This document shows, one piece after another, positions 12,441 through 26,287 of a stretch of 64,000 nt of DNA. Origin of the DNA: Eledone cirrhosa. Lineage: Eukaryota. The notes below the pieces were generated by a model. It was not told where the DNA came from, made no database searches, and worked only from the letters and a program-made list of their open reading frames with translations. Numbering within the stretch: position 1 is the stretch's first letter; each line of letters opens with the position of its first letter. A program made the translations under genes and the position numbers. The stretch covers positions 6,448,001 to 6,512,000 of the forward strand of contig OZ024752.1 of NCBI GenBank assembly GCA_964016885.1, given 5' to 3'.

Positions 12441-13820
12441 TAACCCAGTTTTTACCATATTTCTAATGAAAGGTACTGCTTATCATTTTCAATATTAACC
12501 CAGTACCATATTTCTAATGAAAGGTACTGCTTATCATTTTCAATATTAACCCAGTACCATATTTCTAATGAAAGGTACTGCTTATCGTTTTTAATATTAA
12601 CCCAGTACCATATTTCTAATGAAAGGTACTGCTTATCGTTTTTAATATTAACCCAGTACCATATTTCTAATGAAAGGTACTGTTTATCATTTTCAATATT
12701 AACCCAGTACCATATTTCTAATGAAAGGTACTGCTTATCATTTTCAATATTAACCCAGTACCATATTTCTAATGAAAGGTACTGCTTATCATTTTCAATA
12801 TTAACCCAGTACCATATTTCTAATGAAAGGTACTGTTTATCATTTTCAATATTAACCCAGTACCATATTTCTAATGAAAGGTACTGCTTATCATTTTCAA
12901 TATTAACCCAGTACCATATTTCTAATGAAAGGTACTGCTTATCGTTTTTAATATTAACCCAGTACCATATTTCTAATGAAAGGTACTGTTTATCATTTTC
13001 AATATTAACCCAGTACCATATTTCTAATGAAAGGTACTGCTTATCGTTTTTAATATTAACCCAGTACCATATTTCTAATGAAAGGTACTGCTTATCATTT
13101 TCAATATTAACCCAGTACCATATTTCTAATGAAAGGTACTGCTTATCGTTTTTAATATTAACCCAGTACCATATTTCTAATGAAAGGTACTGCTTATCAT
13201 TTTCAATATTAACCCAGTACCATATTTCTAATGAAAGGTACTGCTTATCGTTTTTAATATTAACCCAGAACCATATTTCTAATGAAAGGTACTGCTTATC
13301 ATTTTCAATATTAACCCAGTACCATATTTCTAATGAAAGGTACTGCTTATCGTTTTTAATATTAACCCAGTACCATATTTCTAATGAAAGGTACTGCTTA
13401 TCGTTTTTAATATTAACCCAGTACCATATTTCTAATGAAAGGTACTGCTTATCGTTTTTAATATTAACCCAGTACCATATTTCTAATGAAAGGTACTGCT
13501 TATCATTTTCAATATTAACCCAGTACCATATTTCTAATGAAAGGTACTGCTTATCATTTTCAATATTAACCCAGTACCATATTTCTAATGAAAGGTACTG
13601 CTTATCATTTTCAATATTAACCCAGTACCATATTTCTAATGAAAGATACTGCTTATCATTTTCAATATTAACCCAGTACCATATTTCTAATGAAAGGTAC
13701 TGCTTATCATTTTCAATATTAACCCAGTACCATATTTCTAATGAAAGGTACTGCTTATCATTTTCAATATTAACCCAGTTTGTACCATATTTCTAATGAA
13801 AGGTATTGCTTATCCTTTTC
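12441..13820. repeat. 51-bp minisatellite (~27 copies) from a MITE B terminus variant
   Basis: Unit ttaacccagtaccatatttctaatgaaaggtactgcttatcattttcaata. Confidence 0.96.
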
Positions 13821-14432
13821 AATTAATTTTGTAAATAATCAAGAATTTTGAGTGATTTAATAATATAACTAACCTTTTCATAAACACTTTAAAATAAACA
13901 GCTTAGAATAATAGAATCGAATGTAGTCTCAGAGAGTTTGTTATAAAATGGGTTAAGTTGGTGTTTGGAACTTAACAAAGGTTCTTACATCGTTATGTGG
14001 AAATACTTTAGATAAATACAAACACATTAAACAGTCTCATGCTAGAGAAGAAAAGGTGGTTTTAGTAGATTGGCATCAAAAGGGTTAAGAAACAGAAAGG
14101 TTAAAAGACAAGGTTATTACTGGAGATCAATGGTAATTTCTTGTAACAGACTTTAGAAAAGAATTCTTTGGGACTAGAGAGAGAAACAGTGGTTCACTGA
14201 TTGTTGAAAGTGTTGGATAAAATGTTGAGAGGCAACTAAAACATTGCATTAATGGTGAGTATGAAGTCTATAATGGGGCAAAACAAAACTTTAGCAGGGA
14301 ATATAGTGTTGGTGTTATGTTGAGAGTATTATAGAAAATACCAAACTGTAGGATGGTGAGAGAATTATAGACATAAATAACTGGTTAGAGGTTGAAAAGG
14401 AAACTGAGAATGTTCCAGAAAAATCTCTTATG

Positions 14433-14480
<48 letters not shown>

Positions 14481-14746
14481 TCAAGATAAAAAAAAAGACA
14501 AACAGGGATATATCTATCTATCTATCTATATATTTACAAGACAGACGCAAGGATAAACATTTTTTTTCCATTCCTTCCTCTTCTCATTCTCTAGTTCACC
14601 TTTTATTTTTTCTCATTCTATCTTCTGATGAAGGACTAGTGTCAGAAATGTAAAGACAGTTTTCCTACTATATCAAGTATTAAATTAATATATTTCTTTA
14701 ATTGCACTGTGTTGTTTCCATTCAGCTTTTGCATATATATATATAT

Positions 14747-14948
14747 AACGAAGGAAATGTGGTAAGGAACCAGATGGCCCATAACGCACCAAAGTACTCA
14801 ATACTTAGGGTAGTAGAGTGGGTAATAGGAACGAGTAGGACTCCGACGGCTGAGCTCAAGCCGTTTCGACGGCTAATTCTAGACTAAAATTTAATCCAGA
14901 ATTAGCCGTCGAAACGGCTTGAGCTCAGCTGTCGGGGTCCTACTTGTT

Positions 14949-14953
<5 letters not shown>
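14747..14953. mobile_element. Fold-back Penelope-like terminal element in (TA)n; second copy 16178-16372, related fragment ~15385-15500
   Basis: 56-bp inverted arms 14825-14880 / 14898-14953 containing GAAA-cggc-ttgagctca-gccg-TC. Confidence 0.65.
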
Positions 14954-15004
<51 letters not shown>

Positions 15005-15538
15005 GTAATAATAATAAATGTGAAGACTAAAATCGAAAGAGGGTTCAATAAGGATAAATATATATCAAATATATAGTAAATATTTATTTTAATAAATATT
15101 ATTCTAATATATATACATTGCTATAAATCCATGTTTTGTCCCTCGTCTCTTACTCCACTGAACAGCGTTTGGCTAGTGTCAGACTCTGTGACCCTGGGTG
15201 TATTAGCAGTACCATTGGTAGGGATCGAAACTGCCAAACCGGCTGATGACTCTGGAGTTCTGTGTCCTAGGTTTGTATTTTTATTTGGAAAAATAATTTT
15301 TTAAGGTTCCCCCTTAAAAATGTTTTTCATTTGTTGTTTTGTCTTTTTATTAAATTTTGAAGTTTATATATATATATATAATAAAGAGCTCATCTGTTGG
15401 GTCCCAACTCTTTATAAGATAACCATACTCTACTGCCCCAAGTATTGAGTACTCTGTTGAGTAATGGTCTAATCAGTTTCAAACTAAATCCATCCTGATT
15501 TATATATATATATTTTATTTGTATGTGTATATATATAT

Positions 15539-15579
<41 letters not shown>

Positions 15580-16373
15580 CATATATATATATATATACAC
15601 ATACATATATAAATATATACATATACTTACATATATAAATATATACATATACGTACATACATAAATATGTACATAAATGTATAAACATATGCATATATAA
15701 ATATATACACAGACATATATAGATATATACACATACATATATAGATATAAACATATACATATATAGATATAAACATATACATACATATATAGATATAAAC
15801 ATATACATATATAAATATATATATATATACACACATACATATGCACTCATAGATGTAGATATATATGAATTGCGGTGTAGTTTAGCTAAACCCCTGTAAG
15901 ATAAGGTTTCTAGTCAGCTAGTTTACACTATAATATTTCCTCAACTAATGTATTAGTAATATGACATGTTAGTAGAGTTATTACTACATAGAAATATATC
16001 TGGTAATTAGTCTTTGTTTGAAACTTTAGCTCATAGAAACTATGTGTGGTGTGGTGTTTTAACATGTTCAAATCTCAGTCATTTGAGATCAGCTCTCACC
16101 ACTTCTGTCCAGGTCTTCCTTTGGCCTTCCTCTGCTGCCTTTTCATTACACTGAGATTTATATATGTATATATATATAATGAAGGAAGTGTGGTAAGGAA
16201 CCAGATGGACCATAACGCACTAGAGTACTCGATACTTTGGGTAGTATAGTGGGTAATAGGAAAATGTTCAGGACCCCGACGGCAGAGATCAACCCGTTTT
16301 TATGGCTATTTCAGTCCAGAAATAGCCGTCGAAACAGCTTGAGCTCTGTCGTCGGGGTCCTGAACATTTCCCC

Positions 16374-16418
<45 letters not shown>

Positions 16419-16510
16419 GATGTCAACATGAATGGACCTGTTATTTTTATCTAAAGACATTTTTTCCAATTCCACCCTGCTCATTACTTCAATCTATCTA
16501 ATTTCTCATT

Positions 16511-16550
16511 CTTTTATCTGATGAAGGACTAGCGTCCGAAACGTTAAGAG
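16511..16550 (+). ncRNA. Minimal hammerhead motif in a ~180-bp Penelope-like repeat (degenerate copies at 14621-14657 and 51716-51745)
   Basis: CTGATGA-a-ggac tagc gtcc-GAAA-CGTT-aaga; palindromic AACGTT stem III; stem I tctt/aaga intact in the 14.6 kb copy. Confidence 0.6.
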
Positions 16551-18109
16551 CCTCTTCCTGCCATTTCAAACATTAACCTAATATATACTTTCCATATACT
16601 GTACCGATTGTGTTGTTATTTCTGTTTACCTTTTACATATATATACACACCAAACTATATATATAATTTATTTGACAGTTATTTTACATTTGTTTTACGT
16701 AGAATTTGACGGTGGTGAAAATCGGCAAAATATTGACCTTGAATTTTACTATCGATTTTTTTGTTACATATTTCTCACCTTATATACAAGCATATACAGT
16801 AATTTTGAAAAAAAGTATTTGGAGGAGTTTGAAACATAAATTAACAAAGGTTCTTACATAAAATTATGATGGAAAGTTTTTTTATAAATATAAACACAGA
16901 ACGAGGGACATTTTCATGTGGTTTATGTGGTTCGGTATCGGAAAAATTAGAGTCAGATAGGATACTTTGCAGTATCTTCTTCGGTTGTGTGTATTCTGAG
17001 ATAAAATCCTGCCTCTGCCTCCCAAGAGTTGCAACAAGCAGATAATATCAACAACTAATTCCTCTTTAGTTTTAGAGATATATAACAGTTGCAGAGTGAA
17101 GACACATGGCTGAGTGGTTAGAGGAATTGGATTCGCAATCTTGAGGTTGTGAGTTCGATTCCTGGACCGTGCGATGCATTATGTCCTTGGGCAAGACACT
17201 TTGTTTCACATTGCTCCTTCTACCTGGAGTTGCAACTGATAGATAGTACTAGCAATTGGAAAGACCAATGGAAACATTGTTTCCTCGGTCCGATTTGACG
17301 AAAGTTGATCGACTGTTGAGTGAAAAGTAAAATAGAAAATAGTTTATTTAACTCTTTTGATACCAACATGTCTAAATCTGTCTCTGGTTCCATGAAATAA
17401 AACCACATTTCTAAAAATATTCCCATTTAGAATAAAATCTTCCAACACTATTTGACATAAGAATCTTTTGTTAAGTTATTTTATAAATATTATCTTAACT
17501 CTTAAGATCCTGTAATGATTTAGCAAATAATTATTTTAAACTGGGTTTGTTAATTCAAATGTTTATAGTTTCTTTACTAGCAGACAGATTGTTGTGAAAA
17601 TATGCAATATTAGAGTTCAAGCTACAATTATTGAATCAAATCAGAGTATTTCATTAGAAATACAGTAACGAAAGGATAAAGAAACAATTACACTAAAATA
17701 CAATCTTTCAAATTTTGCCAGCACTAAAGAAATATAGCAGAAAAGATGAAGACAAGCTAGAATACAACAGATTAGCAAAAACAAAACAAACAACAAGAAA
17801 ACAGAAGCCAAAATTCCATAGCAAATTAGCAAACAGCTCATATGAGAAAAATGAGTCGTTAATAGAATATCGAAATACATGCTAAAAGGAATTTCATGAT
17901 GCGACTCATAAATAGCAGAGAATCATGTCTTAGATTTATCACCTGAGGGGGTTTATAACACCATAGTATCTAAAATGTGAAGGTGTATGTGATTTAACCC
18001 TTTCATTAACATATTTCTACTAATAAAAATACTGTCTATGATTTGAAAATATCTTTGAAAATATTCTGGATTAGTAATATTCAGGATTTAGTAACATAAC
18101 TAACTTTCA

Positions 18110-18680
18110 TTGGTAGAGGGTCGGACAGAATGCTTTCCAGCATAGTTATGTCCCCTTATAGTCTGAGTTTAAATCCCATTGAAGTTAGCTTCGCCTTTCA
18201 TGCTTATGGGGTCGATAAAATAAAGTACCAGTAATACACTGGGGGTAATTGCTGGGCCTTGTGCCAAAAGTAGAAATAATTATTAAGCAGGGATTGACAG
18301 TATCTGTAGAGGGTCAGACGCCATGCTTTGCAGCATAGAATTACGGCCCTTTATGGTCTGAGTTCAAGTCCCGCCGAGGTTAATTTTGCCTTTCATCCTT
18401 ACGGGATCTATAAAAAAACCCCAGTAATGCACTGGGGGAATTGCTGGCCTTGTGCCAAAAGTAGAAATAATTATTAGCTGGTGTTTAAGGATGGTAGTTT
18501 GGCAGTATCGGTAGAGTGTCAGATAACATACTTTGCAGCACATTGTTATGGCCCTTTACATTCTTAGTTCAAATCCCACCAATATTAGCTTTGCTTTTCG
18601 TCCTTAAGGGATCGATTTAATCAACTTACCCCTCCCTCAAAATTGTTGTAATTGTGCCTAAATCAGAAACCATTATTATG
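18110..18680 (+). mobile_element. Three tandem SINE family 1 copies nested in a MITE; other plus copies at ~3235-3423, 24978-25125, 52800-52960
   Basis: Three consecutive head-core-tail units. Confidence 0.85.
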
Positions 18681-19671
18681 TTGGTGCTTGGAACATAACT
18701 TAAAGGTTTGTACACAAAATTATGATGGAAGGTTTTTAGATAAATATATAAACCCAACAGTATCATAAAATCATGAGGGCTGTCAAGCAGTTTGGTATTA
18801 AAAGGGATAATGTTTAGGGTGTTTGGATGAAAAGGTCTAAGTTTGATTCCTGGCAGGGTTTTGTGCTCTGAGCGAAGTACTTTATTTCATGTTACCCCGG
18901 TAACTCTTAGCTGGAAAATGAACTATAGCTGTAATTCAAAAGACTAGTCAGCTTTGCTACACACAATGCCATGCAGAAACTCCCTGAGAACTATGTGTCT
19001 GTAGAATGCTCGGTCACCTATTCAATTGATTGATCCCCAAAACAACATAGTATACAGACAATGAAGAAGATATGTTTGAAAAGAGTTAAAGGTGAGATGT
19101 GGATGTTGTCAGAACAAATAAATGTTTCTGTAGTTTTAAGTTCAACCCTTTTGTTATATTTCTAATGAAAGACTGCTCAGGATTTTGAAATAATTTTGAA
19201 AATAATCAAGAATTTGGAAAGATTTAATAATACAGGTAAAATTCTGTTATAATGAATTTTTCGTAGAGAACTAATAGTAAGCTAGAGACAATTGCTTAAA
19301 CAACCAACTAGGGTTAACTCCATCCTATTACTGCACTAGGGCTTGATGAACAAAACCACAAGGATATGGTCCGAACGTGGAAGAGCCCAACTCCCAGTCA
19401 TTGCCTCCATCTCTCTCGCCCTCCCAGACTCTCCGTATGGTGAGCAAATATTTCAGTATAACAAAACTTTTTTCAACCTCCGAGGTAATAACAAATAAAC
19501 ACTCGATTTGTTTCTGTCGATCTTGTTATGAAGAATTTTTTTTATACCCCGTGAATTTCAATGTATATCAAACTTTCTCATTATTAAGTAGCTATTTGGA
19601 GCATGACATAAAACCAGTTCTTACATAAAATTATGATGGAAGGTTTTTAGATGAATAGAAACAGTTTATCA

Positions 19672-20285
19672 TTTTCATTACCATATTTCTAATGAAAGAC
19701 ACTGTCTATGTCATTAACCCTTTCATTACCATATTTCTAATGAAAGACACTGTCTATGTCATTAACCCTTTCATTACCATATTTCTAATGAAAGACACTG
19801 TCTATGTCATTAACCCTTTCATTACCATATTTCTAATGAAAGACACTGTCTATGTCATTAACCCTTTCATTACCATATTTCTAATGAAAGACACTACCTA
19901 TGTCATTAACCCTTTCATTACCATATTTCTAATGAAAGACACTGTCTATGTCATTAACCCTTTCATTACCATATTTCTAATGAAAGACACTGTCTATGTC
20001 TTTAACCCTGTCATTACCATATTTCTAATGAAAGACACTACCTATGTCATTAACCCTTTCATTACCATATTTCTAATGAAAGACACTGTCTATGTCATTA
20101 ACCCTTTCATTACCATATTTCTAATGAAAGACACTGTCTATGTCTTTAACCCTTTCATTACCATATTTCTAATGAAAGACACTACCTATGTCATTAACCC
20201 ATTCATTACCATATTTCTAATGAAAGACACTGTCTATGTCTTTAACCCTTTCATTACCATATTTCTAATGAAAGACTCTGCTTAT
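19672..20285. repeat. 48-bp minisatellite (~13 copies), same unit as the 10.2 kb array
   Basis: Unit ttaaccctttcattaccatatttctaatgaaagacactgtctatgtca. Confidence 0.96.
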
Positions 20286-23024
20286 GATTTTCAAATTATT
20301 TTGAAAATAATCAAAAATTTGGAGAGATTTAGTAATATAACTTTCTCGTTATAAAACTGGAGTTTAACTCTTTACCATTTACATTACTCTATATTTACTA
20401 TTGTATTTTCACAGTAAAATCTTTACCTCCCATAATATCTTACATAACATTTACATTACTCTATATATACTATTGTATTTTCACAGTAAACACTTTATCT
20501 CATAATTATCTCACATAACATTGAATCTATGAGATTTTGATATTTTTTATTTTGAGAACATTACTCCTTAACATAAGTATGAGCAGCAGGTTGAGGCTGG
20601 TTTGAATAGAAATAGGTGAGAGAGTTCTGGCCAGATACGGCCGGTTTAAGTGCTAAAGGGTTAAAGTAGAACTTAACAAAAATTATGATAGAAGTTTTTT
20701 TAGATAAATGTAAGCAGTTTAAAATAAACAGTTTCGAATTACAGAAGCAGTGACAACCTCAGGTGTTTGCTATCAAAAGGGTTAACTATGTCTATAGAGC
20801 AGGTAACATGTGGTTAAATATACATATATGTGTGTGTGTGCTTGTGTGTGTATGTGAGTGTGTGTCTGCTTGTATCTGGGTGTGTGCTTGTGTGTGTATG
20901 TGCTTGTGTGTTTCTGTGAGTGTGTGTCTGCTTGTATCTGGGTGTGTGCTTGTGTGTGTATGTGCTTGTGTGTTTCTGTGAGTGTGTGTCTGCTTGTATC
21001 TGGGTGTGTGCTTGTGTGTTTGTCTGTTTGTATCTGTGTGTGTTTGTATCTGTGTATGTGCTTGTGTGTTTGTAAATATGTGTGTGCCTGTGTGTTAGTA
21101 TCTGTGTGTGTGTGTGTGCATAGTGTTGACGCTGAAAATAACATCAGAGTTCTTGTGAGAGAGAAAGAGAGAGAGTGAGAGAGAGTGAGAGAGAGTGAGA
21201 GAGAATGAGAGTGAGAGAGAGTGAGAGGGAGAGAGAGGGAGAGTGAGAGGGAGAGAGAGGGAGAGAGAGGGAGAGTGAGAGGGAGAGTGAGAGGGAGAGA
21301 GAGGGAGAGAGAGGGAGAGGGAGAGAGAGTGAGAGAAAGAGTTAAAATGTATGAATGTGAGTGGGTGTGTGCATGTTTACACCTGTGTATGTATGTATGT
21401 TTGTATATGCATGTGTATGTATGTGTGTATGCATGTGTGTGTATGTATGTGTGTGTGTATGTATGTGTGTATGCATGTGTATGTATGTATGTATGTATGT
21501 ATGTATGTATGTATGTATGTGTGTATCTATGTGTGCATGTATGTATGTGTGTATGTATGTATGTGTATGTGTGCATGTATGTGTATGTGTGTATGTGTGC
21601 TTGTATGTATGTGTGTATGTATGTATGTGTGTATGTCAGGTCACCAGTTGGTGCTACTGGTAACATGTACCCCAGTACAACCTGTCTCATGGTCGGGTTG
21701 TTGGCGACTAAACTGGCAACCCCACCAAGGTTTCTTGGTGAGGAGGGTGACTTTGACATCCTGCAGGACTAAAAACAAAACCTGTCAAAGGGCAAAGGAG
21801 CTCTTAAGAGTCAATGGCCATCCAAAAGCACCGGGAGAGATGACCCCTTAGCCTTTGTCAAGGCAGAATTCTAGAAGGAAAACTCTGATATAACACCTGC
21901 AACCCTGATGGTAGCCAATGATGTTGACTTGTTCTTCTTTTTGATAAATATCATCTTGGTTAAGAGAGTGGGACTGGCTTTGTGCAGTGCCTTTGCTCAC
22001 TATAAAAGCTTCACGGCACAGGCATTGCTTTATATCTGGAGATCTCTCTGCACTTGTTGTCACATGGTACCATGGGCCCAGCACTATGTGTCAATAATTG
22101 TCACAGGTGTAGTGTTTGTACCAGAGTTTTCAAGTCGCTGGCTGGACTAAAAAGTCACACTCGTTCAGCGCATTGGTAGGGGTTCTCCTACATGGATATA
22201 AAGTAGTGGCCATACTCGAAAACGAGTGGCCATACTCGAAAACGAGTTGGCAGCCACCATGTGTGTATGTACGTTTATGTGTGTATGTATGTATGTATGT
22301 GTGTATGTGTGTATGTACGTGTATGTGTGTGTGTATGTATGTGTGTATGTGTGTATGTGTGTACAGTGGGTTCAAAGTGTTTGGCAGCTGAAGTATGTCT
22401 GATGGGTTGAGCCAACCATTGTGATGTCAGTGAAATTAGGTAGACAGAAACTGTATGGAAGCCCGCTAGCTGGACTGTGTCTGTAATTCAAAGAGCCTTG
22501 TCATACTGAATCTCCCTGAGAATTCTGTTAAAGGTACACATGTCTGTGGACAGCCATTGTTAAAACTGATGTCCAACAACATGTCTGTATATGTGTGTGT
22601 GTGTGTGTGTGTGCGTGTGTGTGCGTGTGTGTGTGCGTGTGTGTGTGTATGTCTGTGTGTATATATATGTGAATGAATGCACATCATCATCATCATTTAA
22701 CGTCCATCTTCCACGCTAGCATTGGTTATATATATATGTATGTGTGTGTATGTGTATCTATGCCTGCAAGTGTATATGTGTGTGTATGTCTGTGTGTGTG
22801 TATATATATATATATATATGTACATTTTTATATATGTGAATGAATGAGTGTGTATATATATGTATGTGTGTATGTATGTGCGTGTATGTGTATGTCTGCC
22901 TGCAAGTGTGTGCGTGTGTATGTATGTATGTACATGTATGTGTATCTATGCCTGCAAGTGTATATGTGTGTATGTGTATATATATATATGTACATTTTTA
23001 TATATGTGAATGAATGAGTGTGTG

Positions 23025-23095
<71 letters not shown>

Positions 23096-23171
23096 ATGTG
23101 TATATATATGTTTGTGAGTGTATATATATATGTATGTGTTTGTGTGTATATATATGTGTATATATATATAT

Positions 23172-23216
<45 letters not shown>

Positions 23217-23341
23217 TATATATATACACATATACATATATATATATATATATACATACATATACATATATATATATACATACATATACATATATATATA
23301 TATATATATACATACATATATATATATATATATACATATAT

Positions 23342-23388
<47 letters not shown>

Positions 23389-23691
23389 CATCCATCCACA
23401 TATATAAGGAGAAGAATGTTTAAATTGGAACATTCCGATGAACGAAGCTGTTATTTTGGCAACAAAAGACATGCAAGATGGCAGCAATTTGTTTCAATGC
23501 CAAGAAAAGATTTCTTTATCCTCATTGCCACCACCACCATCATCATAACCATCATCAGCACCACCATCATCATCATCATCAGCAGCATTTCCAAATTTCT
23601 AAACAATATGATGTTAATTCAGTCACAAGAGTGTGTGTGTGTGAACGTACACACACACACACGCATACACATATATGTATATATATGAGTG

Positions 23692-23761
<70 letters not shown>

Positions 23762-23763
23762 TG

Positions 23764-23814
<51 letters not shown>

Positions 23815-23950
23815 GAGTGTACACATATATATATATATATATATGAGTGTACATACATATATATATATATATATATATGAGTGTTCATACATACATATAT
23901 ATATATATATATGTATACATACATACATATATATATACGAGTGTACATAC

Positions 23951-23997
<47 letters not shown>

Positions 23998-24541
23998 AAC
24001 ATACACACATATATATATATATAGATATATATATGAGTGTATGTATGTATATATATGTGTGCGTGTGTGTTGCAATATCTGTAGGTGTGAAAAATGAAAA
24101 CTGAAAAGAGTGCTCAATGAGGGAAGAGAGCAGACATACTGTAATATCTATTTATGTTCATACACAGGACAAAGGAGCTGCCCAAATTCTCAAGGTCCAA
24201 CATTAAACATGTCCCCAGAATTTGAGAGGGTTCAAAATTGTGGCCTATCTTCAGATATTTGGGGATATGGTTAATATTGGCCCCTGAGACCTTGGGGAGT
24301 GCTTTTGTTGTGTGTGGACAGATGTAAATATTGCAATATATATATATATATATATATGCCTACATATACATATATACACACACACACATATATATATATA
24401 CATATGCATACGCACACGCACATATATATGCAAACACACACAGGTATACACATATACACACACATATATACATATACACGCATACATCCACACACACATG
24501 TATACATATACACACCCATACACCCACACACATATATGCAT

Positions 24542-24577
<36 letters not shown>

Positions 24578-25517
24578 CAGAGATATCCATATGTGTGTGT
24601 ATATAACCAGTTATTTGATGGGTTTGTGTGACAGACATACTAAACATGCACCAAACTTACTATTTTTAGACTGCGTATAATGTTTGTTATTAACAGTGAC
24701 CATTAATAAAGATATAGCAACAGTGTTAGCAGTTCCTCTGACATTTTAAAAGAAAGACCAGAGGGGGTGCTGTTATTATTGTTGTTGTTAGATAATGGTT
24801 TCTGATTTAGGCATTAAGCCAACAACTGTGGCTTTAAATCGACTCCAGTACGTTACTGGTACCTCATTTTATCCTTTAGAGTTAGATAAGCAAGGAATGG
24901 GATGACAACCCGAGTGCATTACTGGTACTTTATTTTATCAACCTTATAAAAATGAAAGGCAAAGTTAACCTCGTTCTGGTTTCAAATTCCACCGAGGTTA
25001 ACTTTGCCTTTCATCCTTACAGGGTCGATAAAATAAAGTATCAGTAATACACTGGGGTTAATTTAATCGACTTCCCCTACAATTGTTGGCCTTGTGTCCA
25101 AATCAGAAACCATTATTATTATTAAAATGGCATCTAGTGACCCAGGAAAAACAAACTGAAGAAAAATGCTCCTGAAATTTAGATTCAACAGGCAAAAAAA
25201 AAAAAGGGAGTAAAAAAATTGTTAAAATGTACCCTTTGAGGTATGAATTTCTCCATTTTGTTGGATAGTAACAGGGGTAGTTGCACCTTGTGTCTTTGGG
25301 TGGTCGTTATTAATGTTTTGTTTGCTGTCTTCAGTAGTAGTAGTAGTAGTAGTAGTATTAACAGGGTTGGTGCCTGATGAAAAATAGACCAGGGGTAGAT
25401 AATAGACAAGGAATGAAAAAAAAAAGAAAAAATGGACAAGAAATTGGATAAACGGATCTCCAAGAGGAACAGTTTCGTTTTAGAATAAATTACTATATTC
25501 CAGTTTCTTTGGTTGAG

Positions 25518-25885
25518 AATAGGTACAATGTTGTATACCCAGTTTAGTATAGGTACAATGCTGTATACCCAGTTTAGTATAGGTACAATGTTGTATACCC
25601 AGTTTAGTATAGGTACAATGTTGTATACCCAGTTTAGTATAGGTACAATGTTGTATACCCAGTTTAGTATAGGTACAATGCTGTATACCCAGTTTAGTAT
25701 AGGTATAATGCTGTATACCCAGTTTAGTATAGGTACAATGCTGTATACCCAGTTTAGTATAGGTACAATATATACCCAGTTTAGTATAGGTACAGTGTTG
25801 TATACCCAGTATAGTATAGGTACAATATATACCCAGTTTAGTATAGGTACAATGCTGTATACCCAGTATAGTATAGGTACAATGT
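25518..25885. repeat. 30-bp minisatellite (~12 copies)
   Basis: Unit agtttagtataggtacaatgctgtataccc. Confidence 0.95.
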
Positions 25886-26287
25886 GTCCTTGTATCTAAA
25901 AGCATTAGAGCCAGGAAGGATATTTTCACTAAAAAAGGACCTCATTTGATGTATGAAGTTTTTCACAGGGTCTTTTAGACTATTTTCCCAGCTTTAGCAA
26001 GGAGGGTGGCCTTAAAACCCTTATTCTGGTTTAAAATAGGTACACAGAATCCCTGCTGTAAACAGTGATTTAAGGGTTGGTACCAGGAAGGGCACCCAGG
26101 CAAGAAAAAACCCCAAAAACCATTGCCTCAAAAAGTACCACATAACGAGTATGAAGCCTGTTACGGGGTCAACAAGGGTGGCCCCTAAAACACCTTAAAA
26201 TGTTTGGTAGCTTCTGTATCCCTATTTGTTTGTTTGGTAGCTGCTGTATCCCTATTTTTGTTTGTTTTCTGTAATTTGCATAGATTC

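Noticed and set aside
7863-13820. CRISPR-like appearance of the 30-51 bp arrays
   Set aside because: Head-to-tail units with no unique spacers, no cas genes, eukaryotic intron context
15185-15260. GAAAC and CTGATGA motifs suggesting another hammerhead
   Set aside because: Order and 12-nt spacing do not allow stems III and I; could not fold a valid core
17100-17180. tRNA-like sequence with A and B boxes
   Set aside because: Continues into the SINE family 2 body; no convincing acceptor stem
21638-22260. GC-richer island between TG repeats, possibly a LINE 5'UTR with an HDV-like ribozyme
   Set aside because: Could not build the nested pseudoknot or assign a family by eye; needs a repeat-library search
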